From assembly GCA_054600435.1 (NCBI GenBank), contig BAAIJX010000045.1, positions 124,001 to 187,208 on the forward strand: a DNA stretch of 63,208 bases, written 5' to 3'. The first letter of the stretch is position 1. Every line of letters begins with the position of its first letter. Below are positions 37,572 to 49,427 of this stretch, piece by piece. The notes below the pieces were generated by a model. That model did no database searches, was not told where the DNA came from, and saw nothing but the letters and a program-made list of their open reading frames with translations. The DNA is from Neophaeotheca triangularis. Lineage: Eukaryota. The position numbers and the translations under genes are program-made.

Positions 37572-39455
37572 ATGCTCGGAAAGAAGTGCGCTTGACCCCG
37601 TCGTCTGGACAAGGGATGGAAAGTACTGACTTTTCGACACAGATCCATTCGTATCAATGGCGCCGACTGCGGTGTTGAGGCCATCATGTTGGGGGTCGTC
37701 ACCTCCATTGGTGGTTTTCTGTTCGGATACGACACTGGACAGATCTCGGGCATGCAAATCTTCGAGGACTTCGACTCGAGGTTTGCTGCTGGCGGCAACG
37801 AGTACTTGCAGGACACGCCGATTATTCTCAGTTTGGTCGTCTCTCTCATGTCCATCGGTTCCCTGATCGGTGCTCTCTCTGGCGCGTACACTGCCGACTG
37901 GTTCGGCCGTCGATGGAGTCTCACGTTTGGTGTCGCCGTCTTCGTTGTCGGCAACATTATTCAAATCACCGCCATGAACTCCTGGGTTCACATGATGATG
38001 GGCCGCTTCATTGCTGTGAGTATCGTTGCCTGCGAGGGCGTTGGAAGTCCATCAAGCGTTTGATCACTGACACTCAACAGGGTCTCGGTGTTGGTAACCT
38101 CTCTGTCGGCGTTCCCATGTACCAGAGTGAATGCACACCAAGGGAGATTCGTGGTGCTGTTGTGGCTTCTTACCAACTCATGATCACCATCGGTATCCTC
38201 ATCTCGAACTTGATCAACTACGGTGTCCGCGAAATTGAAGAGCAAGCAGCGTCATGGAGAATCGTCATCGGTCTTGGTATCTTCTTCTCCCTCTTCCTCG
38301 GTGCTGGTGTGCTGCTCTTGCCTGAAAGCCCACGTTGGTTGGCCAGCCGTGGCAAGTGGGAGGAGGCAAAGGTTTCCATGGCTCGTCTGCGAGGTATGAA
38401 GGAAACCCCCGACCATGAGTTGGTCACGGACGACTTCCAGGAGATGCACGACTCGATGCAAGAACAGAAGCAGGCCGGTACTGGTTCCTGGCTGGAATGC
38501 TTCACTGGCACAAAGGGCAAGCCTCGCATTCTATACCGCACCATCTTGGGAATGTTCATCCACTTCTTGCAACAGTGGACAGGAGGTAAGAAGGATAATC
38601 GCCCTTCGTTCCATCTCATGGCCATACTAACCTCTCCTTCCAGTCAACTACTTCTTCTACTACGGCGCCAACATCTTCGAGTCTGCTGGTATTGACGACC
38701 CGATTTTGATCCAATTGATTCTTGGTGCTGTCAACGTCGTCACCACCTTCCCTGGTCTTTACATTGTCGAGCGTTTCGGCCGTAGGATGCCGCTTTTCAT
38801 CGGTGGTCTCTGGCAGGCCGCCTGGCTCTGCATCTTCGCGGCTGTCGGTATCGCCAGGCCTCCGGTTGATTACGAAAGCTCCGGCATCGTCATGATTGTC
38901 GCCGCCTGCATGTTCATTGCTTGTAAGTCATGAAACATCTATCGGAGATTTCCAACAATAAAGCTGACCATTTCCACAGCCTTCGCCATGACATGGGGAC
39001 CTTTCGCTTGGGCCGTCATTGGAGAGACCTTCCCTCTGCGCACCAGGGCCAAGCAGGCTTCCATTGCCACTGCTGGCAACTGGCTCGGAAACTTTATGAT
39101 TTCCTTCTTGACTCCCCTTGCCGACGATGGCATTGGCTACGGTTTTGGTTTCGTCTTCCTCGGAACCAACTTGGCTGCCGCCATCATGGTCTACCTCTTC
39201 CTGTACGAGACCAAGTCCCTCGCCTTGGAGCAGGTCGACGTCATGTACAGTCAGAAGGATCTCAAGGCGTGGAACTCCAGCAAATGGATGCCTGCCGGTT
39301 ACCTTGACCGCAACACTCGCGACCCCAACTACTTTGCTGAGCGTAGGAGGTCTAGCGCTGTCGATGCTGGTACCAGCAAGGGAGAGAAGCACGCCGACAG
39401 CGACCAGGACGCTGACAGGAGTGAGAGCCAGGTGGAAAATGGCCGCAGCTACTAG
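37572..39455 (+). CDS. MFS sugar porter (hexose/monosaccharide transporter)
   Basis: GGFLFGYDTG, ADWFGRR, PMYQSECTPREIRG, PESPRWL, QQWTG|VNYFFYYG, VERFGRR and YETK. Introns at 37586-37642, 38016-38080, 38586-38643 and 38923-38979. Confidence 0.95.
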
Positions 39456-40170
39456 AGGAGGTATTGGAATAGGGGAAGATGTTTTTTTGATTTGGAGTAG
39501 GCAGCTGGCAGCTGTCAAATGAAAGAGTCAGTCAAAGTAATTCATAGTTAACCAACACTTTTTTTCTCCCATGAAGATTATATGCTAGCTCGTGTATTGA
39601 CTGTCTCACCAAACTTGAGAGGAAATAGTTGCATCAAGTTCCCTCAACTACAACATCCCGAGTATGAGACCTTGCCAAGAGTGAGACATGGCTGAGAACC
39701 GTCATGTTGATTGGTAGGATCGTATGGCACATCCATATCAAGTCGCGATTTCTGTATACGTCCTTGGCAAGGAATCCGGTGGCCTGAACATGGATAGTAG
39801 TAGTGTTGTCTGTCCGGAAGACAGTACAGTCTGACAGTAGTAGGTGAAGACTCTCGTTCCAGGCATCAACGGCTTTCCCTTTTGAGCGATTCCGGCCGGC
39901 TTTCATAAACACAAGGCGGAGGGCGGGGCAGACACAGCTCCCCTCCACTTCTCTCGCGCTCTCGGCCAACCCAACAACGAGCGCGAAGGCGCGACAAGAC
40001 GAGACGAGAGAGCCTCGACGTTGACTCCAAGTTTAGCTCACCGGTGGAGGTAGGTCTTCTCTTCTTAATAGTCGACGTTGCGCTGCTTCAACACTCTCCC
40101 TCACCAATCCACCACGTTCCGCTTCATCTCATCTCTCCAGCACGTTCTCTTGATCACCTCCTCCACCATC

Positions 40171-41348
40171 ATGGCAGCAGAAACACAAACCCAGCCAGCA
40201 AAGGAGACTTTCCACTTCATCAACGACACCAACACCTCAATCAACGAAGCTTGCACCGGCCTGACCTACCTCAACCCCTCCCTCTCATACAACACCGAGT
40301 ACAAAATCGTCTACCGCAACGACCTCTCCACCTTTGCCCAAGACCATGTAACCACCATTGGCTTCTCCGGCGGCGGTCACGAGCCCATGTTCGGCGGCTT
40401 CGTGGGCTCCAACTACCTTTCCGCCTACGTCTCCGGCAACGTCTTTGCTTCTCCCACGGCCGCGCAAATCTTCGAGGCGATTCGCATGTGTCAGCCCAAG
40501 AGCGGGGAGAGCAAGGGCACGCTGGTCGTTTGCGGCAACTACACTGGTGACATTTTGAACGCTGGGCTCGCCATCACTAGAGCACAGGCGGCCGGTTACA
40601 AAGTCCATTTCACTCCTGTCGGGGATGATGTTGCTGTTGGACGGAAGAAGGGTGGGAAGGTTGGAAGGAGAGGACTGAGTGGGCATTTGATTGCGTTGAA
40701 GAGTGCCTGTGCGCTCGCCCAGCGCGGTGAAAGCCTGGAGAGAGTCGCGGAGGTCATGGAGTATGTTGCCGGCAACGTTGGCACGATTGGCGTTGCTTTT
40801 GACAGGTAAGAACTACCTCCTTCTCACAAAAGTCATTCGGGTACTAACGCCCGCTCTTTAGAGTCGCACTCCCCAACGCAACACTGACGGATCTCCAAAC
40901 GCTCCCACCGGCCACTATCGAGCTCGGCATGGGCGCACATGGCGAGCCTGGTCTGCGTCAAATCTCCCCAATCCCAACCCCAGAAACGTTGACTTCGCAG
41001 ATGGTCGATCTGCTCCTGGATGTCAGCGATCCTGACCGGGCTTTCATCCCTTTCTCCAAATCCTCAAACCCTACTTCCGACAACGAAGTTGTACTCCTGC
41101 TGAATTCGCTTGGAAGTACATCCGACGAGGTACTTGCCCGCTTCGCCGAGTTGGCAAAGAAGGAGCTCGAGAACCGCGGCTTCGTTGTCAAGAGACTCAC
41201 ACTGGGTCCGTTGGTCACGAGTTTGAAAATGTCGGGCTTTGGTATCACGGTGTGGCGACTACCGCCCGTCAGCGGTGAGGCTATGGAGCGTGAGAAGGCA
41301 TTGGAGCTGTGGGACAGCCCGGTTGATGTGGTAGCTTGGCGACAGTAA
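40171..41348 (+). CDS. Stand-alone Dak1 (DhaK) domain protein, ~373 aa, with no Dak2/DhaL domain
   Basis: SGGGHEPMFGGFVG, GNVFASPT, NYTGDILN, DDVAVGRKKGGKVGRRGLSG and ELGMGAHGEPG. Intron 40806-40861. The stop at 41348 is followed within 70 nt by the convergent mutarotase gene. Confidence 0.88.
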
Positions 41349-41415
41349 TCCATAAAACATATAATGCATCTAGTCGTAATGTCGATGACCACGCTCGCTT
41401 CCACCCGTACAATCC

Positions 41416-41781
41416 TCACTGCTGGAACCTAAACACTTCCTCCAATGGTACCCACCAGCCCTTCGGATCCGTGCTGCCCGTGCTCCCGTCCACGAGCGAC
41501 TCTTGCATCCCGTCAGTCATCGCCCACCACTCCCTGATTTTGGGATTCGCTGCCATGGCTGCCATGTCCTTTTCAAAGTCATTGCCAACGTACTTCATCG
41601 AAGCGAAGAGCGTCATGGAGCGTTCGTCGAGGAAGATTGAGTAGTCGTCAATACTACAATTTTTTATTTGCTTGAGAACTTCGGGCCAGACGTTGGCGTG
41701 GCATTCTTTGTATGCTTCGAGGGAGTCTGGTTTTAGTCGGACGATTTGGGCGATGCGCTTGGGTTCTTGCGTGGAGGCCAT
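41416..41781 (-). CDS. L-rhamnose mutarotase (RhaM/DUF718 family)
   Basis: RIAQIVRLKP...YKECHANVWPEVLKQIKNCSIDDYSIF...WWAMTDGMQ...WWVPLEEVF; 121 aa, intronless. Confidence 0.88.
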   Translation of the reverse strand: MASTQEPKRIAQIVRLKPDSLEAYKECHANVWPEVLKQIKNCSIDDYSIFLDERSMTLFASMKYVGNDFEKDMAAMAANPKIREWWAMTDGMQESLVDGSTGSTDPKGWWVPLEEVFRFQQ

Positions 41782-42101
41782 GTTGTGGGTTTGAAGACGG
41801 TGGTGTGACGGCTTTTAGTTTGCGTCGTGTATTCTCGGTCGTGAATGTCTTTACCGATTCTCGTAGTCGCTTGGGAATTGGGAATGGTCGAAGTTTTAGA
41901 CGTTGAGCAGAAATGGAAGCTTTGAATGTGAGAAGGCGTCTTCACTGAGCTGTGAGCTCATGTGGAGCTCGGTGCATCTCTGCCCGAAGAAGCTTACCCT
42001 TGCTCCGACCGAACAATGGAGCATCTGGAGGACTCTTGGTGCCCAACGGCGACGGGATGCTTTGAAAGCGAGACTCTCAGTGATTTTCACAATCCTTTGG
42101 C

Positions 42102-43236
42102 TCAAGTGGCTGCGAAGTGACCGAACACGATTGCCTTTCCAGAATTGTTGTCTTGTCGCTCAGCCTCTTCGAGCATGGATAGCAGATGCAAGGTCTTGAC
42201 GAAGACCTCTGAGTTTTTCGTTAGCCACGTGTCCAACATATCAGCTTCAATCAAGACTTGCCTTCGAACTCCACCTCGTAGCTTGCGGCAATCTCTACGT
42301 CGCTGGTGTACATCAAGGGTGTGTTTGTTCGGCGCCACTTTCGCTCTCTCACTCGAAACTTGATGCCTAGGATGTTGTCTCCAGTGTTGACCCAAAGTAC
42401 AGCAGGATCCTTGGGAGAGCCGCTGACCTCAGTGTCGGCGTCCGTTTGCTTTGAAGAGCTGCCGGAGGCTCCATCTCTGACGATGGCTACTGCATCCTGA
42501 TCAGACCACGTTCTGCTCTCGCATTGCGTGGCCAGCCAGTCTCGCCACACCCGAATAGTGCCCTCGGCGATGTTTTGAAGAGTGAAAAGCAACCCTCTTG
42601 GGCCGCTCTTGGCCAGATAGGAAACGGTGGATAATTGCGTGAAGAGATCGTGCGCATCGACTGTGACCGTTTCAAGGACGGAGTCTCTGTCCTCGACGAT
42701 ATCGGACTGCACGGAGTCTGGGTGAGTCCGCGAACCGGGCACATCTCCCGCCGGATGCCTTCTTTGCGCTATATCTTCGACCCTGTGGCGGCGGGGTTTG
42801 AACCGTGAATGCATTCGGTTGAGAATGGCAATCTTCTCGACGTAGCTAGACTTGCCTAGGTTACCTTCGGTCAACTTGTCCAAGCCATCTGTGCCTAGAC
42901 TGGTACAGAAGAAGCGGTTGGCGACAAGCCTTGCGGAAGGATGGTGGCATTCGAGGTAGAAATCGTATCCCGCCAGACCTGAGGCGATTTGTAGTCGATC
43001 GTGCACCAGGCGAATGATCAACGCATGTACATGACGGCAGGTCGGAGTCAGTGGCAAGAGTGATGGAGTTGGGAGAAGATTGAGAATCGATAACAGAATC
43101 TGGCAGGGGTATTAATGAAATCGCTCCTGGTTACGACAATGTCAAGGCATACTTCATTTGGTAGGGTGAAGATTGGGGGCTGCGCTTCCGAAACGGGCTG
43201 CCTACCAGCGTCTACTTCGTTCAGAGTCGTTGCCAT
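42102..43236 (-). CDS. F-box domain protein
   Basis: IFTLPNE|ILLSILNLLPTPSLLPLTPTCRHVH F-box across intron 43100-43152. A GC-AG intron at 42209-42261 restores the C-terminus EVEFEEVFVKTLHLL...SGKAIVFGHF. Confidence 0.82.
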
Positions 43237-43518
43237 CAATACAGATGATGATCGTTTCTTTCAGTCGGATGGAGGGGGATTGATAATGACTATGTCTCAT
43301 CAAGGGCAGTAGGGAGGTACATCCCGTCGCAAGCATGAGATGACGTGTGGTTCGATCACGTGCTACGTGTGACATTGGCGTTTGATCGACAGGCTGGAGC
43401 CTGGACTGGACTTTCGACTTCACCCTTCAACCTGTTCCTCTATACCATTCTTGCGCCATGTCAACTACTGATGCGAGTCGATAGTGAGCAGAGATTCTAA
43501 TTCTTCACTAACAGCTCA

Positions 43519-45171
43519 ATGGCGGCGCAGAATCGTCTCAACAATTTCGTGAACGGGCTAGACGGACAGCCAGCACACGAGCACAACACCCGAGATGGCG
43601 CGCGCGAAGTTCTCGGTCCCAACATGGATGGCGTCAAGCTAGGATACCACAATGGCAAAGCCAGTTCAAGCCAAATGAAGGCAAACGCAGAACCTTCTCA
43701 TCATCCAAACCACAGTCAGCATTTCAGTCGTGCCCCCGACAATGACCAAGCGGTCTTCGGGACAGATTCGAGCAATATCGATGTGTCCAGTGTTCGCAGT
43801 GAAGACATGGCGCAATTGGCGCAGCGTGAGCAAAGCCAGCAACAGCGCCACCATCAAGAGTCTCAAAGACGGCGCAGCGATTATGACTTCACCGAGGGAA
43901 CGGTCCCTACTTACGACGACCAGCAAAGCAAGCAGGTTTCGAAACAGTCTGGCAGGCCAATGCCGCCTCCGCCACCCAAGAATCAAGCCCTCAACACTCA
44001 GCAAGGAATGGCGCCGAGCAACCGGAACCGTCAACCTTTTGTTTCCGGCCGCGTTCACGGCGATACCTATCCTTCGGAATCATCGGGACCACCTTCAGCC
44101 GTCGCCGATGTCCAACAATCTCACGACCTGACAGCACAGCCGGCGCAAAGCCACCCAATCTCACGTCCAAACGATGTGAAAGGCGGTCTCACTCAGCGAG
44201 GGCTGAAACCGACGAGCAAGCAAGCGTTGCATCACGAGAAGCGCAGTCAAGAAGCTCTGAACAGTAGACAAGGCGCATCCTTTCATGATCCACATGGCGC
44301 CGTTACTTCCGGCTCTGAAGTACAAGCAAACGCTGGTTTCAGCTGGGCGCCTGCTCACCAGAAACCACAGCTTCAGCAAGAACAGCGAATTGTTCCGACA
44401 AACCAGAAATCGCAGCTAGCCATGCACAATTCACACCAGGGAGGGAAAAGCGGAGGATCTGCCCAGCAAGATGCCCCCGAAGCCTCTCGTCGACGGAATG
44501 TGCCCAAGCAAGAAGTGCAGTCTCACGGCCAAAACGCGCGCATGCACAATCATCAGCAGCAGGGCTACGTTCCGCATGGCAGGCAGGTAGCGTTTTCAGA
44601 CCTGCCTCATCAACCTCAGTCCACCCGCCATGGTCAACAGCTCGATGAAACGGCCCACGTTGACTCGGACGACACGGAGTACGACGAAAAGCAAGAAGAA
44701 GCGACTGAGAACGGCGAGCGCCTAGACTATCCGCCCCAGCAGCTCTACAAGATGGATTACGATGCACTCAAGAACGAAGAATTCGACCGTGGCCCTCATG
44801 ACAACCATCCGAACTTCTCAATGGGCCAGCACGCGCAGGATCTACCCTCACAGCTGCAGCAGTACAAGTCGGCGAGCCCGGGGCAGAAACAGAGGTTCCT
44901 CAACTCGCTGGATATCGCCCAATGGGAGGAAGCTGGCGACTGGTTCCTTGACCAATTCGGTGATATTGTCAGAAAGATGAAGGAAGCGCGCAAGAAGCGT
45001 CGTGCTGCTGCTCACGAGTTCGAGGCTGAGGTTGAGAAGAGGCACAATGTAATCAGCAGTAAACGCAAGTTGACCGACGAGGCGCTTGGGGAGATGCGTA
45101 TGAATGGCGATAAGTTGTTGCTGCCAAAGAAGGCGAAGGGGAAGGCGAAGGCGAAGACGAAGGAGGGATAA
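43519..45171 (+). CDS. ECM11-domain protein
   Basis: Q/S-rich disordered N-terminus, then LDYPPQQLYKMDYDALKNEEFD...QWEEAGDWFLDQFGDIVRKMKEARKKRR...FEAEVEKR. Confidence 0.82.
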   Translation: MAAQNRLNNFVNGLDGQPAHEHNTRDGAREVLGPNMDGVKLGYHNGKASSSQMKANAEPSHHPNHSQHFSRAPDNDQAVFGTDSSNIDVSSVRSEDMAQLAQREQSQQQRHHQESQRRRSDYDFTEGTVPTYDDQQSKQVSKQSGRPMPPPPPKNQALNTQQGMAPSNRNRQPFVSGRVHGDTYPSESSGPPSAVADVQQSHDLTAQPAQSHPISRPNDVKGGLTQRGLKPTSKQALHHEKRSQEALNSRQGASFHDPHGAVTSGSEVQANAGFSWAPAHQKPQLQQEQRIVPTNQKSQLAMHNSHQGGKSGGSAQQDAPEASRRRNVPKQEVQSHGQNARMHNHQQQGYVPHGRQVAFSDLPHQPQSTRHGQQLDETAHVDSDDTEYDEKQEEATENGERLDYPPQQLYKMDYDALKNEEFDRGPHDNHPNFSMGQHAQDLPSQLQQYKSASPGQKQRFLNSLDIAQWEEAGDWFLDQFGDIVRKMKEARKKRRAAAHEFEAEVEKRHNVISSKRKLTDEALGEMRMNGDKLLLPKKAKGKAKAKTKEG

Positions 45172-47792
45172 ATGAGGACGACCAACTCTGACGCGCGGAT
45201 GCATGGTGACTTGTCTTTGTCGAGGCGGTGTAGCAGGGTGTTGGGGAGGAGACTTGCCTTGACCTTGCTTTGTTTTCATTCGCTCTATGACCGAGATGGG
45301 GGACTTCACGTGGCGCACAGGGGTGAATTTGCTAGTTTTCGATACCCATTTGCTTTGATCGGATGTTCAGAAAGATGATGAAGACGATGGCGGCCTAAAG
45401 GTAGCTCGATAACTGCCCTCAACTCAGTAACTACTAATTAACACCATGCATTCGTTCCGAATTAAACGAGCCCACGGTCTTGGTCTCCGCGGCATCTCCA
45501 GCTTGACGTCCCGGATCGAAATCAAGCGACGAGAACGAAGACGGGCCGGGCGGACGAACGTACAAGTCACAGTACGCCGAGGATGCGAGGTTCCCTTTTG
45601 CTTCTCCATTCAACCTGGTCATCTCTCCACATCCCAGCGTAACGGTCTAGATACTGCATGCACCCCACGCTTCCATCAGGTACGGTACGTATTCCTTGAC
45701 GCACGACGACAGCAGGTGTACCAGACAATGCCCGTAGCAAGTGGGCTGGCAACGAATAGACCCGCACTCCTTATCGCCAGGAGAGTGTGAAGGCGCTTCA
45801 AAACTTGAGCGACATGATAGTGAGGGCGCCCGCTTATCGCCGCCCCAAGCACACGACATCTTACCTGCCTGTAGAAGTTTGGCTTTGCTGAGAAGACGAT
45901 AGGGACGCGTGGAAGCATGTCTCTACTGTATGAAGCGGTGAACACGATGGCCGCGTGTCATTGAGCCTTAGTAACACGAGAATCTCGACAAGTGGAACCC
46001 GACGTGTGGTATCTTTCTAGTAAATACGAGCGCCGCGAATAGAGAGGAAGTTGGCGTTACTCAAGCAAAGAGCAAAAAGCAGCACACCCGACACCCCTAT
46101 GAATCCCCTACCTTGCTATTACCAGCCAAGCAACAAAACAATCCCCATCACCTGCATAGAAAGGGAAGTGGTAAACACATCATCAATAACCAAACCCAAT
46201 ATTGCAAGTTTACCTGTATCTCCTAGTAAAACAACGATTCGCGATAACCTTTCTCCAGTCTCCGCAACCTCTCCGCATTGCCCCCGCGGAACTACCCCAC
46301 CAGCGAGCCGACCAACACGAACCAAGTCGTTCATACCTCGAGAAAGAACCGGATCAGCAACAATCGTTATCACGAAACAGAAGATGGCGTACAAACCACC
46401 AAGAAGTCTGCTGCTTCGAGTTGATAGGCAGAGGCGAGCAGTCCAGCGAGAGAAACCACCAACCACCAACCACCGTGCAACCACCAACCCCCAACGCAGT
46501 CAAACCCCCCCCGAAGAGCGAACCCCCAAATACCCAATAGCAACTCCGACACGGGCACCGGGACGACAAGCAAGAACACAATCCCCACCCGGGGAACGAT
46601 TAAGCTTTCCCACCCTCCCCCAAACCTCCCCCGATCGCGTAACCCGTTCCGTTCGTTCCACGCCAACATCCAAGCCAGACGCCTTCTAAAATGCAATTTC
46701 CTCGCCCTCAAGCCGTCCATGCATGATTCATCCAAAACCTCCCGCGCGAGCTGCTATGCCATTGCATACATACATAGGCAACATAGGTAGGTACATCATC
46801 ATTCGCCGTCGCGTAACAATTTGACGTAAACATCATTCAAGCCGCAAAGCCCGGCATTTACCGATGCGAGAGCCCGTCTACCCATTCTCTCCCCTCCGTT
46901 TCAGGGATTGTAACGTAACGTAACGTGACGTGTGTGTCCCGCTTGCTGTCACAGAGTTACCTTAACCTAGAACCGAGTGGACACCGCGGGAGTTGCCAGA
47001 GTTTGGGGCATTTTTTGACTTTTTGTCATCCGTCATCGGACGAAGACGAGCGGGAGAAAAGGGAGGGATGGAAAGGGCAGGCGGCAGGAGGGAAGGTTCT
47101 ATTGCTTGTTTATCCGGCGGATGGGCGGGATTGGAGTGCTTGTTTCCTGGAGGTCGTTGTGAATATCGAGCTAGAGTCTAGAAATGGTTACTGGTCGGAC
47201 AGCTGTGGAGGAGAGGGAGTTCAAGCAAGCAGAGATGAGAAAAGGCAGTTCTGAATTATAGGATGTTAAGAGTAGCGGCAGTAATACCTGATATTTCTAC
47301 TTCCAAACACCAGAAAAGAGCTCTTACGCAGCAAGTTTACGCGCACGAGCAGCGAAATATGCAAAAGCCATCCTTCCCTCCATCCACCCCAGATTGAATC
47401 GAGTCGAGAAGGTGGAGTCTTCCCAATCTGTCTCGCGCCGGTCCCTCTATCCATTTTCCTCACCGTTAAACGCCGTTTCTCAATCAAAACCCATTGTGCC
47501 CCTTGCCGTCCATCTATAATAACAGGAATGTACCGCTGAAACGCCTCGCCGAAAGTTTGAAATCGCGTTAGTGATGAGCTGGGTCTGGTTGTTGTTCGCT
47601 CGTGTGTAAATTCTACTTCGTCGTTGCTCGTGTCGAAGGAGAGGAGCGATGCAGTCGCTTTCGTATCTACTCTCCCATCGCGTCGTGATCAAATTCTTCA
47701 GCATGTGAATGCGACGGTCCCATCTCCTGCGTCCCAGACTTGTTCTGCAGCGGTGGATCGTAAAAAGCAATGCCCTCCAACTCGCGTGCAGC

Positions 47793-49427
47793 CTAAGCAC
47801 GCTGTTCTTGGGATCCTTCGCGATCGCCACCTGCCTCGCTTTGCCTAGCGCTGCTGTTACCGCTCTCCATACCACTGTCGGGGTTGACGAGCTCGTTGAT
47901 CTTTGTGTAGTGATTCTCTTTGGGCGCGACCATCGGGACAGGCAATTTGCGTTGTGCGCCGTCGCCTGCTTCCATGATTTCGCTGATGCGAAGGCCGCTG
48001 TGTTGAGCTGGAACGTACGGTTGTTGACCGTCCGCAGAGGGCTCGACAGGCGCGAGGGCTGGCGGTGGCTGATGTTGAAGGCTGAGGTGGTGAAGAGTGG
48101 GGAGTTGGACACCGTTGTGGAAGTATTGAGGCCGCAGACGTGGGGAGTGCGATGGTGTGGCGAGAGGGGTGTGGTCGGGTGTGGGCGAGTTGGATTCGTG
48201 AGAGAAAGATGGCGATGGCGGTGCAGTTGATTGAGGGGAGCCCGGTCTCGACTTCTTGGTCATGCGGTGAGAGTACTGGTCATCCTCGTCGTGAGAATGG
48301 GATCTAGACATTGGCTGAGATGTCGGATTCGACGAGTAGTGGTACGACGAGAGAGAGGGCATGCGACCGCTTCCGTAGGGGTGGGAGTGGTAGGGGTGGT
48401 TGTTGTACTGGTGGCGGGTAGGTCGTGGAAGCTGAGTGTTTGGTGGCTGGCTGTTTTCGCGTTCGACCTGAGATGCAGCAGTCGCAAGCAAGTTGATGTC
48501 CATGGGCCTGTGTAGACCGGCGGCTGGGCGGATGTCGCCACTGACATTGCGAGTCAGGTAGGAACCGGGGTTGCTGTTGTAGTTGGAGTAGGAGTGCGGC
48601 GGTGAGACGTTTGGCGAGCTGAGCTGGGAAGATGGCGCGGATTGTGTAGACTTTGGCGGTGGCGGCATCATCGGCATTCCCTGGTTCGCTGGGCTCATGG
48701 AGGTTGGTGTGTTGGATTGCGAGTTCATTTGGTTCATCTGGTTGAGGTGGTTCAGACTGGCCAGGCCACCCATGGGCTGTCCGTTTTGCGCAATTCCACT
48801 TTGAGGGAGCCCATTCGGCTGGAGGCCGTTCATCGCATTCATCTGCTGCTGCATCTGGTTGTTGAAGTTTTGATAGTTTTGCATTTGATTCATCTGGTTG
48901 ATCTGCTGCATTTGGCTCAGTTGCGCGAGTGTGTTGTTGTCAAACATGCCAGCTTGAGCAGCGGCGGCGGCGGCGGCAGCTGCAGCGACATGTTGCTTGT
49001 TCCCACGTCTTGAATTTGGGTTGTTGTGTATTCTCGAATGACGGGTGAGCTCGTCGGACCTGCTGAACCGCTTCGTGCATCCTGGGAACTGGCAAGCGTG
49101 AGGTTTTTCGCCCGTGTGTGTCCTAATATGGCGGGTCTGATGCTCTAGACGGTGGAAAGCCTTGTCGCAGAGAGGGCACTTGTATGGACGAGGCAAGTCG
49201 GGCCTGTGTTCGTCTCCGTTCTGCATGCCCATGGCGGAGGGCATACCCATGGCAGCGGTAGCCATGGATGAAGAGGGTGAGTGTTGAGGGGTCTGGTCCT
49301 GTTGCGCCGGCGTCGCTCGTTGCGCGGCAGGCGATCCGGCCGGGGTGGTTTGCGCCGACGGTGGTTGTGATTGCTGTTGTTGCGGTTGTGAGGCGTTTTG
49401 TTCCGGATTCAGCAGATGCGAGAGCAT
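47793..49427 (-). CDS. creA: Carbon catabolite repressor CreA/Cre1
   Basis: [63 protein letters not shown], poly-Ala, [23 protein letters not shown] and [31 protein letters not shown]. Confidence 0.98.
   Translation of the reverse strand: MLSHLLNPEQNASQPQQQQSQPPSAQTTPAGSPAAQRATPAQQDQTPQHSPSSSMATAAMGMPSAMGMQNGDEHRPDLPRPYKCPLCDKAFHRLEHQTRHIRTHTGEKPHACQFPGCTKRFSRSDELTRHSRIHNNPNSRRGNKQHVAAAAAAAAAAQAGMFDNNTLAQLSQMQQINQMNQMQNYQNFNNQMQQQMNAMNGLQPNGLPQSGIAQNGQPMGGLASLNHLNQMNQMNSQSNTPTSMSPANQGMPMMPPPPKSTQSAPSSQLSSPNVSPPHSYSNYNSNPGSYLTRNVSGDIRPAAGLHRPMDINLLATAASQVERENSQPPNTQLPRPTRHQYNNHPYHSHPYGSGRMPSLSSYHYSSNPTSQPMSRSHSHDEDDQYSHRMTKKSRPGSPQSTAPPSPSFSHESNSPTPDHTPLATPSHSPRLRPQYFHNGVQLPTLHHLSLQHQPPPALAPVEPSADGQQPYVPAQHSGLRISEIMEAGDGAQRKLPVPMVAPKENHYTKINELVNPDSGMESGNSSARQSEAGGDREGSQEQRA

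Noticed and set aside
46051..46689. 212-aa ORF downstream of creA
   Set aside because: Non-ATG start and C/A-rich low-complexity sequence typical of terminator-region skew.
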